Positions 20,468-29,396 of a DNA stretch of 64,000 nucleotides are shown in pieces (positions within the stretch are counted from its first letter, which is position 1; each line of letters starts with the position of its first letter). The DNA is from an uncultured Oscillospiraceae bacterium. Its GTDB lineage: Bacteria > Bacillota > Clostridia > Oscillospirales > Oscillospiraceae. Made by a program: the position numbers and the translations under genes. The DNA lies in the NCBI GenBank assembly GCA_934660965.1, contig CAKUIM010000007.1, positions 1,532 through 65,531 on the forward strand, in the 5' to 3' direction. The notes under the pieces are model-generated. The model saw only the letters and a list, made by a program, of their open reading frames with translations, did no database searches and had not been told where the DNA came from.

Positions 20468-22714
20468 TTGGCAAAGAAGAAGGCCCCCGACCAGGGCGGC
20501 GCCAAGCACCTCAATAACCCCAACGTCATGGGCCTGCGCTCCCAGGTGCTCGAGCAGCCCATCATTGATACGCTGGAGCTCAACTATATGCCCTACGCCA
20601 TGAGCGTCATTGTCTCCCGGGCCATCCCGGAGATCGACGGCTTCAAGCCCAGCCACCGCAAGCTGCTCTACACCATGTATCAGATGCGCCTGCTGGGCGG
20701 TGGGCGCACCAAAAGCGCCAACGTAGTGGGCCAGACCATGAAGCTCAACCCCCATGGCGACGCCGCCATTTACGACACCCTCGTGCGGCTCTCCCGGGGC
20801 TACGGCGCCCTGCTCCACCCCCTGGTGGACTCCAAGGGCAACTTCGGCAAGGTCTACTCCCGGGACATGGCCTGGGCCGCCAGCCGGTATACCGAGGTGC
20901 GGCTGGACGGCGTGTGCCAGGAGCTCTTCCGCGACATCGACGAGGACGCGGTGGACTTCGTCCCCAACTATGACGGCAAGCTCACCGAGCCCACCCTTCT
21001 GCCCACCACCTTCCCCAACGTCCTGGTGTGCGCAAACCAGGGCATCGCCGTGGGCATGGCCTCCAACCTGTGCGGCTTCAACCTGGGCGAGGTGTGCGAC
21101 GCCGCCGCGGCCTACCTGCGCGACCCCAATACCGACCTGCTCGCCATCCTCAAGGCCCCCGACTTCTCCACCGGCGGCCAGCTGCTCTACGACGGCGCCG
21201 CCATGGCCGACATCTACCGCACCGGCCGGGGCCCCGTCAGGCTCCGGGCCCGCTGGCGCTATGTCAAAGAGGAAAATCTCATCGAGATTTATGAAATCCC
21301 CTACTCCACCACCGTGGAGGCCATTCTCGACAAGGTGGCCGAGCTTGTCAAGGCCGGCAAGCTCCGGGAGATTGCCGACATGCGCGACGAGACCGACCTT
21401 GACGGCCTCAAGCTCACCATCGACCTCAAGCGGGGCACCGACCCGGACAAGCTCATGGCCCGCCTGTTCAAGGCCACCCCTTTGCAGGACACCTTCTCGT
21501 GCAACTTCAACATCCTCATCGCCGGCATGCCCCGGGTGATGGGCGTGGGGGAGATTCTCGACGAGTGGACCGCCTGGCGGATGGACTGCGTGCGCCGGCG
21601 CACCTACCACGTGTGCAAAAAGAAGGAGGACAAGCTCCACCTTCTCCGCGGCCTCAAGCGCATCCTGCTGGACATCGACAAGGCCATCCACATCATCCGC
21701 GAGACGCAGGAGGACGCCGAGGTGGTGCCCAACCTGATGATCGGCTTCGGCATCGACCAGGTTCAGGCCGAGTTCGTGGCGGACATCAAGCTGCGCAACA
21801 TCAATAAAGAGTATATCCTCAGGCGCATCGACGAGGTGGACGCCCTGGAGGCCGAGATCGCCGACCTCAAGGACATCATCGGCTCTCCGGCGCGCATCAG
21901 GGCCATCATCATCGCAGAGCTGGAGAACGTCAAGAAAAAATACGCCGTCCCCCGCCGCACCGAGATCGTCTACGAACACCAGCTGGAGGCCGAACCCGCC
22001 CCCGAGGAGGAGACCCCCGACTACCCTGTGAACGTATTCATTTCCAAGGAGGGCTACTTCAAGAAGATCACCCCCCAGTCCCTGCGTATGAGCGGCGAGC
22101 AGAAGTATAAGGACGGCGACGGCCCCTTCCTCCAGTGGGAGGGGAGCAACCGGGACGAGCTGCTGGTCTTTACCGACCGCCAGCAGTGCTATAAGACCCG
22201 CCTTTCCGACTTTGACGACGCCAAGGCAAGCGTCCTGGGCGACTACCTGCCCACCAAGCTTGGCATGGACGCGGATGAGCGCTTTGTCTGGGCCTGCTGC
22301 CCCGGCGACTACTCCGCCCACCTGCTCTTCGTCTTTGAAAACGGCAAGGCCGCCCGGGTGGAGCTCTCCGCCTACCAGACCCAGACCCGCCGGAAAAAGC
22401 TCACCGGCGCGTACTCGGATAAGTCCCCCCTTGCCGCCGCCATGCTCCTTCCCGAGGATGCCGAGCTTGCCGTGTGCTCCACCGAGGGGCGCTGCGTGGT
22501 GTTCCACACCGCCTCCCTCAACCCCAAAACCACCCGCTCCACCCAGGGCGTGGCCGTGATGACCCTCAAGCCCAAGTATAAGGTGGACTGGGTCCGGCCC
22601 CTGGCCGACACCGCCATCGTCAACGCCGGGCGCTACCGCGCCCGCTCCCTGCCCATCGCCGGCGCCCTTCTCAAGGAAGAGGACCGGGGTGAGACTCAAA
22701 TGAGCCTGCTGTAA
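20468..22714 (+). CDS. parC: Type IIA topoisomerase subunit A (topoisomerase IV ParC-like)
   Basis: 748 aa with a TTG start. YAMSVIVSRAIPEIDGFKPSHRKLLY, active-site region AASRYTEVRL, and a C-terminal beta-pinwheel region. Confidence 0.85.
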   Translation: MAKKKAPDQGGAKHLNNPNVMGLRSQVLEQPIIDTLELNYMPYAMSVIVSRAIPEIDGFKPSHRKLLYTMYQMRLLGGGRTKSANVVGQTMKLNPHGDAAIYDTLVRLSRGYGALLHPLVDSKGNFGKVYSRDMAWAASRYTEVRLDGVCQELFRDIDEDAVDFVPNYDGKLTEPTLLPTTFPNVLVCANQGIAVGMASNLCGFNLGEVCDAAAAYLRDPNTDLLAILKAPDFSTGGQLLYDGAAMADIYRTGRGPVRLRARWRYVKEENLIEIYEIPYSTTVEAILDKVAELVKAGKLREIADMRDETDLDGLKLTIDLKRGTDPDKLMARLFKATPLQDTFSCNFNILIAGMPRVMGVGEILDEWTAWRMDCVRRRTYHVCKKKEDKLHLLRGLKRILLDIDKAIHIIRETQEDAEVVPNLMIGFGIDQVQAEFVADIKLRNINKEYILRRIDEVDALEAEIADLKDIIGSPARIRAIIIAELENVKKKYAVPRRTEIVYEHQLEAEPAPEEETPDYPVNVFISKEGYFKKITPQSLRMSGEQKYKDGDGPFLQWEGSNRDELLVFTDRQQCYKTRLSDFDDAKASVLGDYLPTKLGMDADERFVWACCPGDYSAHLLFVFENGKAARVELSAYQTQTRRKKLTGAYSDKSPLAAAMLLPEDAELAVCSTEGRCVVFHTASLNPKTTRSTQGVAVMTLKPKYKVDWVRPLADTAIVNAGRYRARSLPIAGALLKEEDRGETQMSLL

Positions 22715-22760
22715 GCGCCCGCGTCCCGGGCGCGCAGGCCGCCGGAACTGGAGGGCCCCC

Positions 22761-23639
22761 ATGAAAAAGCTTCCCGAGCTCATCCGCAGGGCGTGGAAAC
22801 CCGCCCTGCTCATCACCCTGGCCTCCCTGGTATATGCCCTGTCCTTCGTCTGGTGCTTCGACCCCACCGGCATCGCCTTCGGCGGCATCACCGGCATTGC
22901 CCAGATCATCAACAAGCTGCTGCCCGCCGTCCCGGTGGGCGTGACGGTGATCGTGCTGAACATCCCGCTGTTCCTGCTGGGCTGGCGGCTCATCGGCGGA
23001 AAGCTGCTGGTGTCCTCCCTGTACGCCATGGCGGTGTCCTCCCTGTTTATCGACCTGCTCTCCTCCCTGCGCGCCTGGGAGCCCATGGACCCGCTGCTCT
23101 CGTGCATCTTCGGCGGGCTGCTGCTGGGCGGCTCGCTGGGGGTCATCTTTCTCCAGGGCGCCACCACCGGCGGCACCGACCTGGCCGCCCGGCTTCTGAA
23201 GCTGCGCCTTGCGTGGCTTCCCATGGGCAAGCTCCTTCTTGCCATCGACCTTGGGGTCATCATCCTGGTGGCCCTCTTCTTCCGCAACCTCAACACCGCC
23301 CTCTACGGCTTCATCGCCCTTTATATCTCCACCCTTGCCATGGACGGCATCCTCTACGGCCTTGACACCGCCAAGGTAGCCTACATCATCAGCGACCGCA
23401 ACGATGAGATCTGCTCCGCCATCGTCCACGACCTGGACCGGGGCGTCACCATCCTCCAGGGCCGGGGCGCCTACACCGGCGCGGACAAAAAGGTGCTCAT
23501 GTGCGCCTTCAAGCAGCGGGAGATCGCCGCCATCAAGGCCGCCGTCAAGGGCATCGACCCCGACGCCTTCCTCATCGTGTGCAACGCCCACGAGGTTCTG
23601 GGCGACGGCTTCCGGCAGTACAGCAAAAACAGCCTGTAG
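22761..23639 (+). CDS. YitT family membrane protein (with C-terminal DUF2179 domain)
   Basis: 292 aa. FDPTGIAFGGITGIAQII, several TM helices, C-terminal ...GVTILQGRGAYTGADKKVLMCAFKQREIAAIKAAVKGIDPDAFLIV. Confidence 0.75.
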   Translation: MKKLPELIRRAWKPALLITLASLVYALSFVWCFDPTGIAFGGITGIAQIINKLLPAVPVGVTVIVLNIPLFLLGWRLIGGKLLVSSLYAMAVSSLFIDLLSSLRAWEPMDPLLSCIFGGLLLGGSLGVIFLQGATTGGTDLAARLLKLRLAWLPMGKLLLAIDLGVIILVALFFRNLNTALYGFIALYISTLAMDGILYGLDTAKVAYIISDRNDEICSAIVHDLDRGVTILQGRGAYTGADKKVLMCAFKQREIAAIKAAVKGIDPDAFLIVCNAHEVLGDGFRQYSKNSL

Positions 23640-23751
23640 CGGGCTGCCCTGACAAAAGGCCGGCGGCGCAGCTTCCGCGGGGGGAGTGGAGCGCACGGAC
23701 AGGCCGCGGCTGTGAAACAACGCACAGAATATTTTTGCAGGAGGGATCACT

Positions 23752-24351
23752 ATGGCTAACATCGAGCTGCTCCGCAAAAACCTGGAAGCCGAGGGCTTCC
23801 AGACCTCGTACTTTGCCACAGCGGAGGAATGCTGCGCCTATCTGGACGGGGCGCTGGACGGCCGCACCATCGGCTTCGGCGGCTCCCTGACCGTCCGGGA
23901 CATGGGCCTTTTCGAGCGTCTTTCCTCCCACAACGAATGCATCTGGCACTGGGACAAGACGCGCAGCGTCGTCCCCAAGGATGCCGTCGGCACCCAAATC
24001 TACATCTGCTCCCTCAACGGTGTGGCCGAGACCGGGGAGCTGGTCAACATCGACGGCGGCGGCAACCGGCTGGCCGCCGGCCTGTTCGGCCACGAGAAGG
24101 TGTATTTCATCATCGGCGTGAACAAGATCGCCCCGGACCTCAACAGGGCCATCTGGCGGGCCCGGAACATCGCCGGCCCGAAAAACGCCCAGCGGCTGAA
24201 GAGAAAGACTCCCTGCGCCGTCCGTGCCGACCGCTGCTACGACTGCAAAAGCCCGGAGCGCATCTGCGCCGCCATGACCATTTACTGGCGCAGGCCCTCC
24301 CGCACCCCCGAGATGGAGATCGTCATCGTGAATCAGGAGCTGGGCTTCTGA
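23752..24351 (+). CDS. LUD-domain (LutC/YkgG-like lactate-utilisation family) protein
   Basis: 199 aa. ...IGFGGSLT..., SLNGVAETGELVNIDGGGNR, and a C-terminal Cys cluster CAVRADRCYDCKSPERIC. Confidence 0.6.
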   Translation: MANIELLRKNLEAEGFQTSYFATAEECCAYLDGALDGRTIGFGGSLTVRDMGLFERLSSHNECIWHWDKTRSVVPKDAVGTQIYICSLNGVAETGELVNIDGGGNRLAAGLFGHEKVYFIIGVNKIAPDLNRAIWRARNIAGPKNAQRLKRKTPCAVRADRCYDCKSPERICAAMTIYWRRPSRTPEMEIVIVNQELGF

Positions 24352-24383
24352 CCCTGTTCAATCCCGAAAGGAGGCCCTTCGGA

Positions 24384-25526
24384 ATGAAACCGCGTCTCAC
24401 CGCCCTGGCGCTGGCGGCCGCCGCCGCGCTGCTGCTGACCGGCTGCGCGCCGCTGCTCCATCGCTCCTATTCCTCCTACTCCCCCCATGTGGAGTCGGTG
24501 GTGGCCGACGACTCCTCTGCCCTGCGGGCGGAGAGCTACCGGGGCCTGGTGGACGCCCTCCTATATTATGTCAACCGGCACATCACCAGCGGCGTCATCC
24601 GCCTTGCAAACTACCCCTCCGACGTCTCCGCCGACCTGGAAAACGCCCGGCTGGAGGTCATGCGGGAGGACCCGCTGGGCGCCTTCGCCGTGGAGGAGCT
24701 GACCTACGATTTCTCCCGCATCGTCTCCTACTATGAGGTAAGCGTGTCCATCGCCTACTCTCACACCGCCGAGGAGATCGCCGCCATCGAGTTTGCCTCC
24801 GGCTCCGCCGCCATCCGGCCCCGGCTGCGCCAGGCCATGGCCAAGTTTTCCTCCACGCTGCTGCTGCGCACCTCTTACTTTACCGGCGATGAGGACCAGG
24901 TGCGCGCCATGGCCGTCCAGGCCTATTACGACACCCCACAGTCCGCCTTCGGCCTTCCGGAGATTGCCGTTACCCTCTATCCCGACAGCGGCGTGCAGCG
25001 CATCATCGCCCTGACCTTTACCTGGCCGGAGAGGCGCACCGTCTCCGCCGCCCGCTCCGAGCAGCTGCTCTCCCTGGCCCGCCGCCTGCTGGCCGACACC
25101 CCGCCGGAGGGGGAGCAGTACACCCCGGACGAGCTCTACCGCATCCTGCTCTCTGCCGGTGCCGGGGAGGACGGCTCCGCCCCCTCCTCTGACCCCTATG
25201 CCGCCCTCACCGGCAAAAGCGCCGACCAGCTCGCCCGCACCCTGGCCCTGGAGCTGCTGTTCCAGCAGTCCGGCATCGACGCCACCCTGGTCTCCGGCGT
25301 GGCTCCCGGAGGCAATACCTGCTGGCTCATCGCCGACTGCGGCAGCGGCTACCGCCATCTCCTGCCCGGGGAAGAGACAATTTCCCTCTATACCGACCTT
25401 GAGATGAGCGCCGCGGGCTACCTCTGGAACCAGAGCATGTACCCCGACTGCGTGGACTACAGCGCCCCTGTCACCACCCCCGCACCGGAGGTCTCTCCCG
25501 CCGCCGTCGAGACCGGCACCCCCTGA
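24384..25526 (+). CDS. Hypothetical lipoprotein
   Basis: Track ORF 23829..25526 trimmed to MKPRLTALALAAAAALLLTGCAP (lipobox) after GAAAGGAGG. No family recognised. The CWLIADCGSGYRHLL segment is vaguely transglutaminase-core-like. Confidence 0.6.
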   Translation: MKPRLTALALAAAAALLLTGCAPLLHRSYSSYSPHVESVVADDSSALRAESYRGLVDALLYYVNRHITSGVIRLANYPSDVSADLENARLEVMREDPLGAFAVEELTYDFSRIVSYYEVSVSIAYSHTAEEIAAIEFASGSAAIRPRLRQAMAKFSSTLLLRTSYFTGDEDQVRAMAVQAYYDTPQSAFGLPEIAVTLYPDSGVQRIIALTFTWPERRTVSAARSEQLLSLARRLLADTPPEGEQYTPDELYRILLSAGAGEDGSAPSSDPYAALTGKSADQLARTLALELLFQQSGIDATLVSGVAPGGNTCWLIADCGSGYRHLLPGEETISLYTDLEMSAAGYLWNQSMYPDCVDYSAPVTTPAPEVSPAAVETGTP

Positions 25527-25543
25527 CACAAGGCGGGCAAGCA

Positions 25544-25575
25544 AAAACCCACCCGGGTCTCCCCGGGTGGGTTTT
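25544..25575. terminator. Bidirectional rho-independent terminator
   Basis: AAAACCCACCCGGG-TCTC-CCCGGGTGGGTTTT, a perfect 14-bp stem carrying both an A tract and a T tract. Confidence 0.8.
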
Positions 25576-25625
25576 GTCATATCCTTTGCGATTTCTGCGC
25601 CCCGCGCGGGAGCGTGCCCTTAACC

Positions 25626-25757
25626 CTCCCTCTGACGAGGGAGCCCCAATGGCCCGCACCCCACAATGTCTCCCTCTGATGAGGGGCGCGAAGCGGCCGG
25701 AGTTCTCTCACGCCTCCCTCTGATGCGGGAGGTGGCGCGAAGCGCCGGAGGGAGAGA
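25626..25757. repeat. Three tandem, degenerate ~44-bp hairpin repeat units
   Basis: CTCCCTCTGACGAGGGAG (25626), CTCCCTCTGATGAGGGG (25670) and CCTCCCTCTGATGCGGGAGG (25713). The last two are each followed by a GCGCGAAGCG(G/C)C hairpin. The hairpin motif is shared with 14009-14026 and 1859-1876. The array abuts the psuG stop codon. Confidence 0.8.
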
Positions 25758-26678
25758 TCAGCCCAGCTTCGTATATGCCGCCGCGGTTCGGGCGGCCAGG
25801 CGGGCGTTGTTGAACACCAGCTGAATGTTGGCGTCCAGGCTGTCGCCGCCGGTGAGCTCCTTGACCTTGGCCAGCAGGAAGGGGGTGGTCTCTTTGCCGT
25901 GGATGCCCTGCTCGGCGGCCTCACGGATGGCCTCGTCAATGGCGGCGTTGATCACATTGGCGTCCATGGAGTACTCCTCGGGGATGGGGTTGGTGACCAG
26001 CATGCCGCCCCGCAGGCCCAGCTCGTGCTGCACCCGGAAGGCCCGGGCCAGCTCCTCGGGGGTGTCGATCTCATAGTCCACAGAGAAGCCGGAGTGGCGG
26101 GTGTAGAAGGCGGGCAGCTCGCGGGTGCCGTAGCCGATCACGGGCACGCCGTGGGTCTCCAGATACTCCAGGGTCAGTCCCAAATCCAGGATGGACTTGG
26201 CGCCGGCGCACACCACCATCACGTCGGTCTGGGCCAGCTCCTCCAGGTCGGCGGAGATGTCCATGGTGGTCTCGGCGCCGCGGTGCACACCGCCGATGCC
26301 GCCGGTGGCAAAGATCTTGATGCCCGCCATGTGGGCGATCATCATGGTGGTGGTCACGGTGGTGGCGCCGTCCTCGCCCCGGGCCACCAGCACCGCCAGG
26401 TCCCGGCGGGAGGCCTTGGTCACCCCGGCGCCCTTCTTGCCCAGATACTCAATCTCGTCGGCGCTCAGGCCGGCCTTGAGCCGGCCGCCCAGCACGGCGA
26501 TGGTGGCGGGCACCGCGCCGTTGTCCCGGATGACCTGCTCCACCTTCAGCGCCGTCTCCACATTCTGGGGATAGGGCATGCCGTGGGAGATGATGGTGGA
26601 CTCCAGGGCCACCACGGGCCGGCCCTCGGCCAGGGCGGCGGCTACCTCGGGGGCAACGTCAAGATATTTGTTCAGCAT
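25758..26678 (-). CDS. psuG: Pseudouridine-5'-phosphate glycosidase
   Basis: 306 aa. VALESTIISHGMPYPQN, ATGGIGGVHRG, VVCAGAKSILD: strong family signature. Confidence 0.92.
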   Translation of the reverse strand: MLNKYLDVAPEVAAALAEGRPVVALESTIISHGMPYPQNVETALKVEQVIRDNGAVPATIAVLGGRLKAGLSADEIEYLGKKGAGVTKASRRDLAVLVARGEDGATTVTTTMMIAHMAGIKIFATGGIGGVHRGAETTMDISADLEELAQTDVMVVCAGAKSILDLGLTLEYLETHGVPVIGYGTRELPAFYTRHSGFSVDYEIDTPEELARAFRVQHELGLRGGMLVTNPIPEEYSMDANVINAAIDEAIREAAEQGIHGKETTPFLLAKVKELTGGDSLDANIQLVFNNARLAARTAAAYTKLG

Positions 26679-26696
26679 GGTGATTTCCTCCTAAAA

Positions 26697-27776
26697 TCAA
26701 TATTTCATTCTGCGCCGCATGGCGTCAGGGTTCAAATCGGGATTGATGGTTTCCGCCCCTTCGGCGGCGATGGCTGCGGCGGCGCAGGCCGCAGCGGCGC
26801 TGCCCGCAAGGTCCTGCCCGTCCAGATAAGCCCAGGCAAGGGCGGCCATGGCGGCGTCGCCCGCGCCGGTGGCGTTGCGCATCTGGGCCGGGCAGCAGCC
26901 CTGCAAAATCCGCTCGCGCCCCTCGGCCGCCAGGATGCCGTGCTCCCCCAGGGAGATAAACGCCCGCTTCAGCCCCGTGCCCAGCAGCCGGTCCGCCGCC
27001 AGATAAAGGCTCTTCTCGTCGGTGATGGCCACCCCGGAGAGCAGCTGCGCCTCCAGCCGGTTTGGCTTGAGCGTGTGCAGCCGGCCCAGCACGCCCCGCA
27101 GCTTCTCCGCCTTGGTGGTAGACACCGGATCGGCAAAGAGCGGCGCGGTGCAGCGCTCGGCCAGATACGCGATGGACTCCTCCGGCAGGTTGGTGTCCAG
27201 CACCACAAGCCTCGCCCGGTTGAGCAGGGGCAGGTTTTTCTCAAAATAGTCCGGCGTGAGTTTCTCGCAGATCTCCATGTCCGACACCGCCAGGGCCATA
27301 TCCCCATCCGCGCCGTTGATGAAGAGGTAGGTGGACGTGCTGCACCCCGGCGCGTGGAGCACCCGGCTGATGTCGATGCCCAGGCTCCGGCAGGAGTCCA
27401 CCACGCGCTGGGCATGCAGATCGTCCCCCAGGGCGGTGAGCAGCCGCACGTCCGCTCCCAGAAGCCGCAGGTTGTGGGCGATGTTCCGGCCCACGCCGCC
27501 CAGACTCACCGTCACCCGGCCGGGGTTGGAGTCCCGCGGGCGCAGAGGCGCCGCCGACCGGCCGCCGATGTCGATGTTCACCCCGCCGGCCACCACAACG
27601 TACTCCCCGGCGCTGAGCACATAGCCCTTCCCGGCGATGTACCCCTTCTTCATCAGGTTGGAGATATGCACCGCCACCGATGACCGGGTGATGCCCGCCC
27701 GCTCGGCCAGCGCCTCCTGGGAGATCATCGGGTCCGCCGCGATCCACTGCAGGATCTGCCGTTCCCGCTGGGTCAT
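26697..27776 (-). CDS. psuK: Pseudouridine kinase (PfkB family) with an N-terminal winged-helix domain
   Basis: HTH MTQRERQILQWIAADPMISQEALAERAGITRSSVAVHISNLMKKGYI, then a ribokinase-like fold (GGVGRNIA ... NATGAGDA). Co-oriented immediately upstream of psuG. Confidence 0.75.
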   Translation of the reverse strand: MTQRERQILQWIAADPMISQEALAERAGITRSSVAVHISNLMKKGYIAGKGYVLSAGEYVVVAGGVNIDIGGRSAAPLRPRDSNPGRVTVSLGGVGRNIAHNLRLLGADVRLLTALGDDLHAQRVVDSCRSLGIDISRVLHAPGCSTSTYLFINGADGDMALAVSDMEICEKLTPDYFEKNLPLLNRARLVVLDTNLPEESIAYLAERCTAPLFADPVSTTKAEKLRGVLGRLHTLKPNRLEAQLLSGVAITDEKSLYLAADRLLGTGLKRAFISLGEHGILAAEGRERILQGCCPAQMRNATGAGDAAMAALAWAYLDGQDLAGSAAAACAAAAIAAEGAETINPDLNPDAMRRRMKY

Positions 27777-27830
27777 ATGCCCGCCCCCTTCATAAGCAAG
27801 TTTTTATTTCGCAATCAACTGTTTATAATA

Positions 27831-27859
27831 TAGTCGTTGAGCTCCCCCTTGTCAAGAGA
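27831..27859 (-). promoter_or_regulatory. Sigma-A type promoter for psuK-psuG
   Basis: Minus strand: TTGACA, 17 nt, TATATT, about 55 nt upstream of ATG 27776. Confidence 0.5.
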
Positions 27860-27882
27860 ATATTTCATTCTTTTTTGCCTAG

Positions 27883-27938
27883 ATGTTGACAAATCAACTT
27901 TTACAGTGTATGATCTGCGCATGTTGATAAATCAACAT
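27883..27938 (+). promoter_or_regulatory. marR-degV promoter with two palindromic operator candidates
   Basis: TTGACA (27886), 17 nt, TATGAT (27909). The palindrome ATGTTGACAAATCAAC overlaps the -35. The perfect palindrome ATGTTGAT-AA-ATCAACAT (27921-27938) lies just downstream of the -10. Confidence 0.6.
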
Positions 27939-27969
27939 CTGAATTCATCCGTCCCAAGGAGGCTCCGCC

Positions 27970-28431
27970 ATGGAAACGCGTTTTGAGACCTTTACCGTCC
28001 TGATAGCCCGGATCGGCCGGAGCATCCGCCGCATCAAGGCAGAAGAAATGGCCCGTTTCCGTCTCAAGGGGCCCCATGTGTCCTGCCTGTACTACCTGTC
28101 CCTGGCCGGCCCCATGACCGCCAGCGAGCTGCGGGAGCGCTGCGAAGAGGACAAAGCCGCCCTCTCCCGCTCCCTGAACTACCTGGAGCGGGAGGGCTAC
28201 ATCTGCTGCGCCGGCGGCGGGGCGCGGGGCTACCGCACCCCCCTGGCCCTCACCGACCGCGGCCGGGAGGTATGCGAGGCCATTACCGGTGCCATTGACC
28301 GCATCGTTGCCGCCGCCGGTGACGGCCTGTCCCAGGCCGATCGCCAGACCATGTACCGCGCCCTCTCCTGCATCTGTGCCCGGCTGGAGGCCATCTCCGA
28401 GCCCAGCGCCCACCAAAGTCAAACCCAATAA
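27970..28431 (+). CDS. MarR family transcriptional regulator
   Basis: 153 aa. ...MTASELRERCEEDKAALSRSLNYLEREGYI... winged-helix core. Confidence 0.8.
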   Translation: METRFETFTVLIARIGRSIRRIKAEEMARFRLKGPHVSCLYYLSLAGPMTASELRERCEEDKAALSRSLNYLEREGYICCAGGGARGYRTPLALTDRGREVCEAITGAIDRIVAAAGDGLSQADRQTMYRALSCICARLEAISEPSAHQSQTQ

Positions 28432-28443
28432 AGGAGCATCCTC

Positions 28444-29289
28444 ATGAGCGTTCAGATCATCATCGACTCCACCGCAGACCTGCCCGACCGCCTGCGCGGC
28501 GCCTTCCCCACCGTCCCCCTCACCGTGCGCTTCGGGGAGGAGGAATTTGTTGACGGCGTCACCATCGACCGCCAGACCTTTTACGAGCGCCTGGTAGAAA
28601 GCGACGTCCTGCCCACCACCAGCCAGGCCACCCCGGCGGACTTCCTGCCCTTTTACGAGAACGTCAAGCGCGCCGGGGACAGCGCCGTGGTCCTCACCAT
28701 CGCCTCTGCCCTCTCGGGCACCTATCAAAGCGCCTGCCTGGCCGCCCAGGACTACGACAATATCTACGTGGTAGACAGCCAGACCGCCGCCATCGGCACG
28801 GGCATCCTGGCGGAATACGCCCTGCTCTGCGCCCGGCAGGGTATGGACGCCCCCTCCCTGGCCGCCCGCCTGGAGGAAAAGCGGCAGGACGTGTGCCTCA
28901 TCGCCCTGCTGGACACCCTGGAGTACCTCAAGCGGGGCGGACGCATCTCCAAGGCCGCCGCCATGGCCGGCTCTCTTCTGAACATCAAGCCTGTCGTCAC
29001 CGTGCAGGACGGCGAGGTTTTGGTCGTCGGCAAGGCCCGGGGCTCCCGCCAGGGCAACAACCTGCTTGCCGAAAAAATCCGGGCGTGCGGCGGCATCGAC
29101 TTTGATCTGCCCATCCTGCTGGGCTACAGCGGCCTGTCCGATGCATGCCTGCAAAAATACGCGGAGGACAGCCGCGCCCTCTGGCAGGACGGCACCCACA
29201 CCCTGGACTCCACCCTCATCTGCGGCGTCATCGGCACCCACACCGGCCCCGGCGTGGTGGCCGCCGCCTTCTTCAGAAAGCACCCGTGA
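28444..29289 (+). CDS. DegV family fatty-acid-binding protein
   Basis: 281 aa. IIIDSTADLP, ...TSQATPADF..., LSGTYQSA, LEYLKRGGRIS. Confidence 0.88.
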   Translation: MSVQIIIDSTADLPDRLRGAFPTVPLTVRFGEEEFVDGVTIDRQTFYERLVESDVLPTTSQATPADFLPFYENVKRAGDSAVVLTIASALSGTYQSACLAAQDYDNIYVVDSQTAAIGTGILAEYALLCARQGMDAPSLAARLEEKRQDVCLIALLDTLEYLKRGGRISKAAAMAGSLLNIKPVVTVQDGEVLVVGKARGSRQGNNLLAEKIRACGGIDFDLPILLGYSGLSDACLQKYAEDSRALWQDGTHTLDSTLICGVIGTHTGPGVVAAAFFRKHP

Positions 29290-29349
29290 GGGCAGCGCCT
29301 GCCCGAGCGCGCTCCCGGTGCAGCAGGCGCATCGCCCCCCAGCGCAGCA

Positions 29350-29381
29350 AAAGCGCCGGAACCATGCGGTTCCGGCGCTTT
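29350..29381. terminator. Bidirectional terminator hairpin (twin of 51065-51096)
   Basis: AAAGCGCCGGAACC-ATG-CGGTTCCGGCGCTTT between the convergent degV and phosphoesterase genes. Confidence 0.75.
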
Positions 29382-29396
29382 CCCTGTCTGCATATC

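Noticed and set aside
20399-23296. 965-aa minus-strand ORF. Similar giants occur at 45471..48836 (-), 16008..18050 (+), 35760..38243 (+), 43558..45471 (-), 58160..60091 (+) and 60131..61519 (+).
   Set aside because: All lie antisense to genes with strong family signatures (parC, hydA/alr-like, the DUF975 fusion, serA/serC, hydB, the liv genes). All have the Gly/Ala/Arg/His/Pro-rich composition of GC-driven spurious frames.
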